Shown piece after piece: positions 29,505 to 41,996 of a DNA stretch of 64,000 bases (the first letter of the stretch is position 1; each line of letters opens with the position of its first letter). The notes under the pieces are model-generated. The model saw only the letters and a list, made by a program, of their open reading frames with translations, was not told the DNA's origin and searched no databases. The position numbers and the translations under genes were made by a program. Source of the DNA: the human T2T-CHM13v2.0 reference genome, Homo sapiens; the NCBI RefSeq assembly GCF_009914755.1, contig NC_060936.1; one strand, given 5' to 3'.

Positions 29505-32290
29505 ATGGAATTCTTTCATTGGGTTTGGTGTTTCTGGAGTTGGCTGCTTAATATGATTAGACCCAAAATTGCTAAGGGCTCTACTTCTAATAGTACGGAG
29601 AACACAGATAGTCCTTGGCATGAACTGCTTAGAGAGTTATGCAAAATAAATGCATTTGACATTCCTAATTCATCACTCGTGAGAGGCAAGGAGTTTAGTG
29701 ACTCTATACATAATACCTTTGACCATATGTGGAGAACCAAGAAACATAATGTAGCTGGTTGGTCGCTCCTAAGTTCAGTGGACAAAGTGATGCAAGAAAA
29801 TGATGAACTCAGGGATTCTGTCTCCTGGCTTCAGAAGTGGATACTGAGCCTCAAATCTGCTAAGATTGCCCTGAGTGAGAATCTCATCTCCTGTAGAGAA
29901 AGAGCTGAAATTGTGGAATAATGAACACAAGTTTTATCACACGAGCTGCTGACCTGCAACAAAAGATGCATGCACAGCCTTGCCAGGTATCTGCTGTTAA
30001 AGTGAGAGCATTCATTGGAAAAGAATGGGACCCTGCAACTTGGAATGGGGATGTGTGGGAGGACCCTGATGAAGCTGGGGACACTGAGCCTGTAAACTCT
30101 GATGAACCTTTTTTGCCAGAAGAAACAGTTTCCCCATCCCCAGTAGTGGCAACATCCCCTCCCCAACCCATACTACCATCAGCCTTTCTCCATCTTTGCC
30201 AGAGGAGATAAACTCTGTTCTGCCTGAGGCAACAGTGATGGCCTCCCCTGAGGCAGTTGCCAGGAAAGATAATGTTAATTCTCCTCAGGAGCCACCCCCA
30301 ACACCCCTGTTTTCTTCTAGACCTATAATTAGACTAAAGTCCTGGAGAGCCCCTAGAGGTGAAGTTGAGAGTGTGACTCATGAGGAGGTGTGCTACACTT
30401 AAAAAGAACTGCTTGAGTTTTCTAATTTATATAAAGAGAAATCTTGAGAATAGGCATTAGAATAAATATTAAGGGTGTGGGATAATGGTGGAAGGAACAT
30501 AGGGTTGAATCAGACTGAATTTATTGATTTGGGCCCACCAAGTAGGGACTCTGCATTTAATGTTGGAGCTCAGGGAGTTAAAAAAGGTTCTAATAGTTTA
30601 TTTACTTGGTTAGCTGAACTATGGATTAAAAGATGGCCCACTATGAGTGAGCTGGAAATGCCTGATCTCCCCTGGTTTAATGTAGAGGAAGGGATCCAAA
30701 AGCTCAGAGAGATTGGGATGGTGGAGTAGATTAGTCACTTTAGACCTTCTCACTAAAGTCAGGAGGGTCTAGAAGATATACCCTTGACCAATGCCTTGCA
30801 AAATAGATTTGTGATGGCGGTACCTGCATCTTTGAAGAGCCCTTGAATTGCTCTTCTCTGTATGTCAGGTTGAACAGTGGGAACCACAGTCACTTGACTA
30901 CACAATTTAAATGCAGTTGGAATAATTGGATCCCAAAGTGGCAGGGGCCAAGTTGCAGCACTCAACTGTCAAAGGCAAGGTGGGCATACCTACCGTAATA
31001 GACAGCAGAGGCAAAGCAACAATCAAAATAGTCTGATTTGTGTAGAGCTCTGGTACTGACTAATTAATTACAGTTTTCCTAGAATGAAATTGATAGGGAG
31101 CCTACTGCCTTCCTACTTAATTTATATAAGCAGAACACTTCTAGATCAAATGAGCAAAAAAAAATTTGAATTATAAAAACAGATAATCATGGCCCCTCAA
31201 TCAATTTCCAGACTTGAGCCAGTTTACAGACCCAGAACCCTTGAATGAAGGGAAGACTGGGTTCCCTTGAGGAAGGAATCCACTACATTAGTGATAATTT
31301 ATGCAGTAAATCCTTCTTCTGTCCTTCCCCAGGGAGACTTCCGACCTTTTACCAGGGTAAATGTTCATTGGTGAAAGGGAAATGATCAGATATTTTGGGG
31401 ACTACGAGACACTGACTCTGAGCTGACATCGATTCCAGGGGACCCAAAACGTCATTGTTGTCCTCCAGTTGAAGTAGGGGCTTATGGAGATGAGGTAATT
31501 AATGGAGTTTTAGCTCAGGTCCCACTTATAGTGGGCCCAGTGGGTCTCTGGACTCGTCCTGTGGTCATTTCCCCAGAGCCAGAATGCATAATTGGCATAG
31601 ACGTACTTAGCAGCTAGCAGAACCCCCACATTCGCTCCCTGACTGGTAGGGTGAGGGCTACTATAGTGGGAAGGTCAAATGGAAGCCATTAGAGCTGCCT
31701 CTACCTAGAAAAACAGTAAATCAAAAACAATATTTCATCCCTGGAGGGGCTGTAGAGATTAGCGCCACCATCAAAGACTTGAAAGACCCAGGGGTGGTGA
31801 TTCCCATCACATCCCCATTCAACTCTTCCATTTGGCCTGTACAGAAGATAGATGGATCTTGGACAATGACAGTGGATTATTGTTAGCTTAACCAGGTTGT
31901 GACTCCAATTGCTGCTGCTGTACCTGATGTGATTTTGTTTCTTGAGCAAATTAACACATCTCCTGGTACCTAGTATGCAGCCATTGACTTGACAAATGCC
32001 TTTTTCTCCATTCCTGTCCCTAAGGCCCACCAGAAGCAATTTGCCTTCAGCTGGAAAGGTCAGCAATATACCCTTACTGTCCTGCCCCAGGGCTATTTAA
32101 ACTTTCCAGCTTTGTGTCATAATCTTATTTGGAGAGAACTTGATTGCTTTTTGCTTATGCAAGATATCACACTGGTCCATTTCATCGATGACAAAACTGG
32201 GCTTTGGTAGAAACTGAACGTTTGACTATGGCTCATCAAGTTACTATGCAACCCAAACTGCCTATCATGAACTGGGTGCTTTCTGACCCA
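29505..32290 (+). pseudogene. Decayed ERV-L gag-pro-pol(RT)
   Basis: Gag-like peptides (KEWDPATWNGDVWEDP; WDNGGRNI); RT motifs NAFFSIP, VLPQGY and HFIDD (31989-32192); many stops and frameshifts. Confidence 0.88.
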
Positions 32291-32490
32291 TGTATACATG
32301 TTTTTACATATATACACGTGTACTAAGAAAATATCTTCATTTTATTTCCTTTTCCTTTACCATGTGACATAAGATTTATTGACTTCACATCAGCATTTAA
32401 GTATTGTTAACTCTATGTAATAGTATTTGGGTTGGGAACTGATATATTTCCAGTTGTACGTAGGACAGTTGTAATGTTATGAGTAAATAT

Positions 32491-32823
32491 TGTTGCAGGA
32501 GTTTTCCTTAGTTTAGCTAAAGACAGGGTTCTTGTCTATCCTATAGACATGAAAATTTAGGCTCAAAGATGGTTTAAAGGGTGAGTAAAGCAAGGTTTTA
32601 TTGGGTGAAAAGGGAAAAAAAAGGAGGAGGGGGGACAGGCATCCTCCTGTTTCAGAGTCCCCTGCTAGAGAGCTTCCTGCTGCTATTTGAATACTGGGTT
32701 CCACATAGGAAGAGGTGGGGCCAGGCCCCTCCCCACTGCAAAGGGCATGAACTTCCCAAGGCTCCACCTCAATGGGCAGACTGACTGGAATTTCTCCAGG
32801 GACCCCCTCCCACCTGGCTCTCA
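32491..32823 (-). repeat. MER61A-like 3' LTR
   Basis: TG...CA; direct repeat of 36999-37300; adjacent to the PPT; minus-strand AATAAA. Confidence 0.88.
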
Positions 32824-35800
32824 TTCACCCCTCTAAAGAAGTACATGTAACCGCTGGTAGATTCAAGGTAAGGAGGAAGATGATCTTAACTGCTTCCTGC
32901 TGACAGGGGGTGCAGTTGTTGAGAAACAACAGTCAGAGCTCCCTCAGAGGAAATTTAAAGGTTCCTGGCAGAAGGGGCCATCATTAGAGGCTCTGGTTGC
33001 ATGATTGTTTGGAGTTTGATGGCCTGAAGGCAAGAACAGACAAACAGGGTTATTAGAAAACATGTATCAAAATGAAACAAGGGGAGGGGTAAGGACAGCT
33101 CAAAAATTCCAAGGCCGTTTACCAGTTTGCACAGGGAGAGGGAGGCCAAAAGCCTGACTGGCAAAATAAAAACTTTACCCTTTTGCCATCATATTGGGTT
33201 TCTGGGTTACCTTCCCCTGAACCTGATCCTAAGCCAATCAGCTTAAGGTTTGGGAAATTAACTCTTTCCCTTTTGGAGGATGCATCTGAGGGAAGTGTCT
33301 CATAGTACAAAGACAAAATTACCTAACTGAAGAGAGGACTGAGGAGGAGACAGGGAAAAGAAGGTGCTTTTCAAAGAAGTCCCAGCAGTTCAGGATGCAT
33401 TTGGAAGGGGTACACACTGAAGACGAATGGCCACCCACCTAGAAAGAGGGGAGCAGACATCCCTGGTTCCCTTCTCTTCCTAGCAGATACCCGGGGTACA
33501 TGAGAGAGAGAAGGAAGTGTCCCTCTTTTCCTCTTCCATCCTTGCATCCCAGAGACCCAGCAACTTTGGCAGGCACCACCATGAGTGCCAAAGCGGCTTG
33601 CACCCATGAATCAGGGAGTGCCTAGAGAATGGGAATTGCCCACTCTCACCTATGCATCTATCCCTCCTACTGTCAGTAGCATTGGAGTTCCCTAGACCTC
33701 ATGTATGCCATGGATACTGACATGGTCTTTATCCATGAAACAGGAAGCTTGGGTTTGGCTTAATCAGCAGGAATCTGCCATGGTCACCTGTGCTGTGCCT
33801 TTTAACCTCCATTGCCATCTGCCTCTGGAGCCATTAGATCCAGTTTTCTTTCCAGGGCTTTGACCCAAAGCTTAGAATTGAGTCTGGGACAAAAATGTGT
33901 CTCTGGGAGGGTTGCATGGACTCCTTATCATAAGCCAAATGCTAAGGTAAAACTGTGGAACTGATTTTTCCTCCAACAAGGGAGAGGAAAGGATGTTGTG
34001 TGACACACCCAGCTAACTGGTAGCTATAGTTATGCTTGCTAGGATTTGGATGCATGGTTCTTGGATTTGGTTAGTTCCCTTGGTCTTACTTTCCCAAAAA
34101 AGGAAACCTTCACATGATGGGCATTCCATTTAGTCCCTACTTATTCCAACCCCAAGCTTCCTATTGCATGGATAAAGGCCACGTTAGTATCCATGGCATA
34201 AATGAGGTCTAGGGAGCTCCAAGAAACAAATGATCATAGCACTGAGTTGTTTAAATAGACTTTGGTCTTATACTTGGCCTGTTTATTTGCATAAAGTGCA
34301 AAAAGAATAATTATTTCTACACAGGCCTCTTGGATTGGCTTTGATGGAAGTGTGTTCCACAAGGAATCACAGATAAGACCTTTTAAAGCCCAGTCCAGCC
34401 ACGGATTTCCATCCTCAAATACCTGTGGGTTAGGTGATCCCCTCTTCTTAAGGTCCCAAGATAAATTTGGAGCTCCTGGACCTGTTAGAAAGTGGCATTC
34501 TTTACTGACCACAGGTCAGGAACCCTCTACAGGGACTGTGTAGACAAGAGTTATGAGGCCAGTTTCCCCACGGGGTTTTTATGGGCCCTGAAAGTCAAGC
34601 TTGACTCCTTAAAGGGAAACATACCCTTCCAGTTAAAGTCTTGATAAAATAACCTTATCCAATTGTGTCCTGTTGCAAAAGAAAAATTGAGTCTTATTGC
34701 ACTGATGCAAACAACTATATTGCCATAAGAATACTTACAGATAGTTTACAAATTCTAGAGGAACTAGGCAGAGAGAAACAAATGTGCTCCAAATTTTGAT
34801 CACAGGAGTACTTAATTATTAAAGGCTGTAGATAGTTTAAAATAAGTTTCCTTGACTCTGAAAAACAAAACATGGATCAGCAATATTCCAAGCAGAAGTC
34901 AAAAAGGTTGCTTCAGCTTTCTGAGTGCAATCCATTTAGTCAACTCTTGTTATGCATTATATTCATAAGCATTTCAGCTCTTTATGAATTCTGTACATTT
35001 TCCTTTATTCTAATGTTACGATCTCTAAAGTTATCAGAAGTCTGCATTTGAGAGCACCTGTTAAAGTTCTATAGCTCTTATAAACCGTCTTTTGAAAAGG
35101 ATTAAAGCAAGACAACAATTGTCTGTGAATAGCAAAATGTCAAGGTTAGTTATACTTAGAAACACAATTGACAAAGAAGTTTGGTTATCTCCGTGGTTTG
35201 CAGTAACTTAACATAAAAACCTTATTTATGATTGGTAGCATATACTTAGACATTAGAATTTTAGATATCCCATACAATTTGGTACATATATTAGCATTAT
35301 TCACCAAAAACCTAAAGAAGATTGAGCATCATTTTGGCAATCCCATGTACCTAAACATGTCAAATAATCCTGTTTACCTATTTTTTCTGGACACTTCAGG
35401 GGCACTCTGAAGTATTTGAAAAGCCAGCTGCCAGGGAAGACAATTTTAAAATGGAAGTTTGATTTGGGGAATGCTATTAAATGTTTGAGGTTTAAGACAC
35501 TTGATATTATGAAATAGAATTCCAGATTCTAATAATAAATAATTTGTTTTGCCAAAATGATGATTCAGAAATTTTAAACAAGCAAAAACCTTTTATAACC
35601 CTTTTGAATTTAATTAATATGTTTACACAGAGAACATATTCTGCAAGATTAATTTCCACAGCTTTTCCACCACTTGTTTGAACCTTTAGCTTTCCCTATC
35701 TAACTGAATACAATCCTTTAACCCTGGGCAAAAGTTTACATTTCCATGCCTTCTTATAACCTTCTACATAAAAACACATTTTATTGTTTTTATACCTTTT

Positions 35801-36976
35801 GCATTTAAATTTATTTTCAGTAGTTTCAATTACATGTTATAATAGTAACTTCTACCAATTGTTGACTTTAAGGTAAAACTTGGTAAGTTGCTTTAATTGT
35901 GCATTAACTGCAGCCAAGGTTTGCCTTCTTAGTTAAGATTCTGGTTAGTTCCATATGTCCCTAGGCCTTACCAACTCTAAAGCCAGCAAGTGAAATAGTT
36001 TAGAAAACCCATAAAGCAGTTTGGAACCTTAAAACACTTAGAAAACCTTGCATCTGACTTGCATTTTACCAATAATCTTTAAGGCTGTTTTTATTTCTCA
36101 AAGATTAAAGTCACATAAACTGAAAGCTACCACAGATTTTATAATCCCTTTAAAAAATATTTGATCCAAGAACTTGTCTTTCTTTAGGCAAAATTAATTA
36201 GAACTCTTTTGACAGACATTACATACAGTACACAGATGGACAGGCAGAAGAAAACCCAGTCACTAGGTGGGGCCCTTTGAGACAGGCTAGAAAAATATGC
36301 AAATATCAAACCTGAGAGGGCTCATCCTCTCAGGCAAGATTGCTAAACAAAGCCTTGCCAAGCAGTAACCAGCCATGCCCTCAGGGTGTAAAGCAAGATG
36401 GAAACTTGATTTTACAACCAAAATTTTTCAGAGTAATAGTTGCACAGTGATAGTTGGGGCAGGGTGGGGGGGGGTGGGCGGGGGCTAGCCTAGTAAAATA
36501 TCTTCTAAAAGAAAAAAACTTTAAAAGTTAACTTGCTAATGGGGTAGAAAAGGGGAAAGAAAAGAAACAGTTTAAAAATGCCTGAAGAGAAACCTCTTAT
36601 TCTTATTCAAGTGGTTCCTCCACCAGGGAGAAAATCTTAAGCTTAATTACTGTCCAATGGAATAAAAACCCTTGGTTGGGGAAGGGGAAGGCTGCAGCAG
36701 CTTGTGGCTGGGAACCAGCCAGCCAGCTGTCCAGAATCCTTGGGCCATGCGTCCCAGTCCCAGCAACGAGCAGGGAGTGTGGCAGGGAGTGGGGAGTGTG
36801 TCAGGGAGTTGCTGATCATCAGTGGGTCGCAAAAAAGGAAGGAAAAGGCCTTGAAAAGGCCCAGGAGCGATGGGGCTGGGGGCATGGTTTCCCCTACCCT
36901 AAGAAGTCCGAGGATAAAAAGGCTCAGAAGCAACAGTGAGAGGTTTTGAGTCCCCATTTCACTCACTGCTTCTTGA

Positions 36977-36994
36977 GCCCCATGTTCGGCGCCA
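36977..36994 (-). promoter_or_regulatory. Primer-binding site, tRNA-Lys(1,2) type
   Basis: Minus strand TGGCGCCGAACATGGGGC vs the Lys1,2 PBS TGGCGCCCAACGTGGGGC (2 mismatches), 4 nt from the LTR. Confidence 0.75.
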
Positions 36995-36998
36995 AAAA

Positions 36999-37300
36999 TG
37001 TTGCAGGACTTTTCCTTAGTTTAGCTAAAGACAGGGTTCTTGTCTGTCCCACAGCCACACACATTTAGGCTTGCAGACGATTTAAAGTGTGAGTAAAGTA
37101 GGGTTTATTGGGTGAAAAGGGAAAAAAATGATCCCCTGCTAGAGCACTTCTCACCCATCATTCAAATACTAGATTTCACACAGGAAAAGGCGGGGCCAGG
37201 CTCCTCCCCACTGCAAAGGGCGTGAACTTCCTGAGGCTCCACCTCAGTGGGCAGGCTGGTTGGAGTTTCTCCAGGAACCTCCTCCCACCAGGCTGTCTCA
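36999..37300 (-). repeat. MER61A-like 5' LTR
   Basis: Minus strand starts TGAGACAGCCTGGTGGGAGG and is followed by the PBS. Confidence 0.88.
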
Positions 37301-37384
37301 ATAAGACCTTATTATTGTCTTTATTTGAAGATTATGTATGATCTCAGGAGATGTGTATGGGTTCAAGCTGACAAGGGGTGTACT

Positions 37385-37824
37385 TGTGATGGTTAATACT
37401 GAGTGTCAACTTGATTGGATTGAAGGATACATAGTATTGATCCTGGGTGTGTCACTGAGGGTGTTGCCAAAGGAGATTAACATTTGAGTCAGTGGGCTGG
37501 GAAAGGCAGACCCACCCTTAATCTGGGTGGGCACAATCTAATCAACTGCCACTGTGGCTAGAATATAAGCAGGAAGAAAAATGTGAAAAGAGGCCTAACT
37601 TCCCAGCCTACATCTTTCTCTTGTGCTAGATGCTTCCTGCCCTCAAACATTGGAGTCCAACTTCTTCAGTTTTGGAACTCAGACTGGCTCTCCTTACTCC
37701 TCAGCCTGCAGATGGCCTATTGTGGGACCTTGTGATTGTGTGAGTTAATTCTTATTAAGCTCCCCTTTATCTATATATATCTGTTCCATTAGTTCTGTCC
37801 CTCTATGGAACCCTGACTAATACA
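37385..37824 (+). repeat. MLT2A1 3' LTR (440 bp)
   Basis: Preceded by PPT-like gacaaggggtg; TG...CA; pairs with 29099-29460. Confidence 0.92.
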
Positions 37825-38876
37825 ATCAGTATGCTAATAAAATAAACAGATATCGAAATACCTCTGTGAAAATTCCTAGATATTTCTTTACTTCCTTCTT
37901 CATTATGAATTAAAATATCAGTAACTGATTATGTTTTGTGGTTGTTATTCCAGGTAATCAGAATCCTTATTAGAAGTATAATATAAGAGTGTGGTTTTTA
38001 TCTTTACTCCATAAATTAAATGCAACCGGTATCATGTGACTACATTTTGACAACAAAATTAAATCTAACTCTATGCATTTCTCTGCCACTGTGACATGAA
38101 ATTCAACTACAGTCATTGTTGAAATATTCCTCCTTTTTTGCCTCTGAGATATGAAGATTCCAGAGTCTTACACAGTTCAGAAAATGAAGGATCCCTGGTC
38201 TTTTGTTCTCACTGTTGGCTGCAGAAATGCTTGTATTTCAACTTGACATTTCTTAAGGAAGTTAACATACCAAGTGCAACAGAAGCTATAGGCTGCATGA
38301 CCCAACCTTTATTTTCTACCTCGTTCTCTTTTGCTTTTCTCCAACATAAAAGACTATCAACACTAAAGACTGAATTTACCAGCCTCTATGGGTTGGGTAA
38401 TCTATGTGATGCAGTCTCGACAATGATTTGAAAGTAAAAGGTCGCTGGTATTGCTTTTCAACCTGGGTACTTTCCTATTCTGCTTTTGTGAACAACAATG
38501 TAAGGCTGAAGATACAGATGCCATATGAAAAACAAAAATATAAAAAGCCAGCATGTTATGGTTGGCAGAATAGAGAGACAGCAAGAGCCCATGTCCTTAA
38601 TGACATTGCTAAATGGCTGAGACAATGCCAAAAACCTGTGAACTAAATGCTATGTCAGAAAAATAAACAGCTATTTGTTTAAGATATTTTAAAATTCTGC
38701 CTTGTAGTTTAACATATCTCTAATTTAAACCCCAAACTTGGTTAAGGGGATTCTTATCTAGTATGATAGCTCTGCTGCCAATGGTCCCACTTAACTAGGT
38801 ATATCAGGCAGTCATTATCCATAATTAGGGCTCTGTCTTTCTGGGATATTGTGATAATGTATGTATAGTTCTCTGT

Positions 38877-39234
38877 TTTCTTAGTTATTTGGGGCTGCTA
38901 TAACAAAATATCATAGACTACATAGATAAGGAACAACAGAAATGCATTCTCACTGTTCTGGAGGCTGGGAAATAAATAAAGGGTCAAGGCATTGGCAGGT
39001 TTGGTGTCTGGTGAGGGCTGCCTTGTGGTTTATAGACGGTGCCTTCTAGCTGTGTCCACACGTGGTAGAGGGAGCAAAGCAATTCTCTGTGGCCTTTTTT
39101 TTACAAGGACCCATTCATAAGGACTCTGGCTTACGATTTAATTAACTCCCAAATGCCCCACCTCATAATACCCATCACATTGGTGATTTGGTTTCAACAT
39201 ATGAATTTTGGAGGTACACACTCAGACCATAGTA
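38877..39234 (-). mobile_element. MLT1A-like MaLR solo LTR
   Basis: Antisense MaLR motifs (gctgctataacaaaatatcataga; tttcaacatatgaattttgg); near-TSD tctgt/tctgc. Confidence 0.8.
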
Positions 39235-39999
39235 TCTGCTTTCCCTCATAAGACCCCAAGAGCTTGTCTCCTTCCCAGTCCTGGAGAATTTCACCCTTCC
39301 CCAGAGTGGTAGATGCAGCCTCTACTCTCCAAACACTTTGCTTATCCTCTTTGCCTTTGGAAAGATTAGACATATACACTAAAGATGGCCTTTTAGACCT
39401 CTAATTTGGGATCTCTTCTTAAAGGTGAGATAGAGAAAAGAATGGAGTAGGGAAAGCAAATGCTGATACTAGATACATTTTTCACATTAATCTGTCAAAT
39501 TACACTGCTATAACCTATCCTATCTTGGGGTAAGAATTTGATTTAGTCTTTCAAAAGATCAATTTTAAATTCTAGGTTCTGTCTCAGCTACCAGTCAATC
39601 AATTAAATGATCAACATACCCAATATATTGTTGGCTTACATAGCAAAGAACAAATTCCCATGTTTTAAAATTTAAGGTCTACTATTAAAGATAATAACAG
39701 ATAAAACTAAAATTTAATTTGAAAACAGATATTATTACCAGAAATAAAAGAAAATACAAGTCCCTTTTTAGCTCTATGTTAGCCACTTGAAATCTCCTTC
39801 AGTCCAGAGTCCCCATATTGTGTTTTCATAGAGTACAATTTAAAAACATTTTTTGTCCAGAAATAAGCAGAGCTTATTTGTAAAAAAAAATTAAAAGTGC
39901 AGCCTTATTGTTTTCTGGATAAAGATAAATATGCTGTCATTTTTCCCATCTTAGGGGAAACAAAGAAAACAAAAACAATCACTTACCTTTACTTCTCCC

Positions 40000-40540
40000 A
40001 TTTGCAATTCCTCTATTTCTCTGTTCCCCTTTGTAGAAAATCTCCTGAGTGTCTACATGTGCTGTTTCCAGTTCTACTCCAGACCCTTAAGACTATTTTA
40101 ATCAGACTTTACCCTCAACAATGCGCCATGATGATCTTGTCAAGGTTGCCAATTACCTCTTCATTGCTAAATTAAACTACCAGTTCTTACTCCTTTGTCC
40201 TTCATTCATTTTATTTCTAAATTTTCGGATCCTTGAGATCTCTCGCTTTTCCTCCTATCTATTTGCCCATTCTCAATCTCATTTGCTGTTTCTGACAATC
40301 TCTCATGACCTACCAATGTGGAAGTGCCCTAGGAATCAGTCCTTAGATCTCTTCTCTTTCCTGTACACACACACCACCTTGGTGATCTCACCCATTGTGA
40401 TAATTTCAAATACCATCTTTATGCCTACATCTCCCAAATGTATATCTCCAGCCCCATCCCAGATCTTTTACCTGGTCTACCTCATCTCCAGGTTCATATA
40501 TCCACCTCATACCTGAAATTTCCAATTGGAGATATATATA
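40000..40540 (+). mobile_element. L2 internal fragment (approximate bounds)
   Basis: Pyrimidine-rich L2-like motifs (cttgtcaaggttgccaattacctc; tcccaaatgtatatctccagccc). Confidence 0.6.
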
Positions 40541-41709
40541 AATTCTTTTTCCTAAGAATTCCAAATAAAGTTCATCAATTTATTTTCTAAGGAGTAAAGC
40601 CATGAACAAATAAATATAATAATAACCCACTTTTTGCACCTAGCCAGATTTTTCAATAATTAAATCTTTCACAGATTAATAATCAAATGTTCGAGATGAT
40701 GTGTAGATTCTCTAAAATGTAATTTCTGAAATAGTCAAATATGTGCTTCAGAAGCATTAAATAAAGCTTATTCTTTCTTAATTCAAAGAAAAATATGCCA
40801 AGTTGCAATCTCAAAGCAGGAGTTATCTTAACTTTGCATATTTTTGTCTCAGAAAACAGCAATTCAACATCTTGTGTCACTGCTATTGTTAACAAAGCTG
40901 CCCACTGCTTTTCTCCTTCTCAAGCTAAATGAGAGCATGTTGTCCATTTTGCATAGGATTGTGAACAAATAGCCATGTGGTCACAACAACTACTTTAATC
41001 AGTTCAGAACAAAACCTCCTCACGTAAAAGAACCAGACAAGCAAGGTACTTCTGGGGATTTGGTAGATTTCTAAAGAATCCTCAAGATACCATGGATGTA
41101 CCAATATCATTCAAAAGATTCTGTTAATTTTGGGAGATCTTAGTGTGATCCGGGGGTAATATTAGAATCTCTTCAGCCTGCTCTACAGAATACAATTGAC
41201 TTTTTATATACTAATATATAAAAATTTTATAGATATGTAAAATATTCAAGAATTATGCTAAGAATTTCCAATCTTATCAAACCTTTAAATTGCCAAATCC
41301 TGTTAATTTCTATTTATCGTTATCAAATGTAAATATCCCACTTTCTGAAGACTTAGTCTGTAAACAATAAGAACATCATTTGAAAGTATGTTCATGTTGA
41401 TGCTGGGATAAATTTTAAAGAAGGATTTAATTCTCTTTAAAGGAAATTGGAAATGGGTTTAAAAACTCTTGCCAAAATTTGTGTTCAATTATAACTACCA
41501 GAAAGAAAATCAATACTAGAGAAAAAAATTACAAGTTGCTAAACTATAAAAATTATGTGTAAAAACAATCAATTATAACATGATAATTGTAATCATAATA
41601 GCAGTTCATAGTTATACAGAAGACTTTCTGTACACAATACTGTTACATATATTACACACATCATCTCATTCAGAACTCATAACAAAATTATAATGTAAGT
41701 ATTACAAGG

Positions 41710-41996
41710 TTTTTTTTTTTTTTGATAGTGTCTTGCTCTGCCATGCTGGAGTACAATGGCAATCATGGCTTAACTCAGCCTCAACTTCCTGGACACAACT
41801 GATCCTCCTGCCTCAACCTCCCAAGTAGCTGGAACTACAGGTGTGCACCACTATGCCTGGGGAATTAATTTTTTTATTTTTTGTAGAGATGGGGTCTCAC
41901 TATATTGCCCAGGCTAGTGTTGATCCTGGACTCAAGCAGTCCTGCCTCAGCATCCCAAAGTGCTGGAATTATAGGCATGAGCCAGTACACATAGCC
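41710..41996 (-). mobile_element. AluJ-like element inserted in a MIR remnant
   Basis: Poly-T followed by a diverged antisense Alu with J-type features (ggggtctcactatattgcccagg). Confidence 0.88.

Larger units (their letters stand above)
32491..37300 (-). mobile_element. MER61-type ERV1 provirus (MER61A-like LTRs plus non-coding internal region) nested in HERV-L
   Basis: Paired LTRs 32491-32823 and 36999-37300; minus-strand PPT at ~32824-32838; PBS 36977-36994; 4-bp TSD ATAT/ATAA; host HERV-L sequence resumes at 37301. Confidence 0.9.
29099..37824 (+). mobile_element. HERV-L provirus with MLT2A1 LTRs, internally deleted and interrupted by a MER61 provirus
   Basis: Paired LTRs 29099-29460 and 37385-37824 (TG...CA); 5-bp TSD ATAAG/ATCAG; Leu-type PBS; decayed gag-pro-pol. 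Confidence 0.93.

Noticed and set aside
29505-30729. ERV-L Gag ORFs as a co-opted capsid gene
   Set aside because: Broken into pieces of at most 138 aa by stops and frameshifts, consistent with neutral decay
32491-37300. p53 response element, known from some MER61 subfamilies
   Set aside because: I could not find paired RRRCWWGYYY decamers in either LTR, only isolated CATG cores
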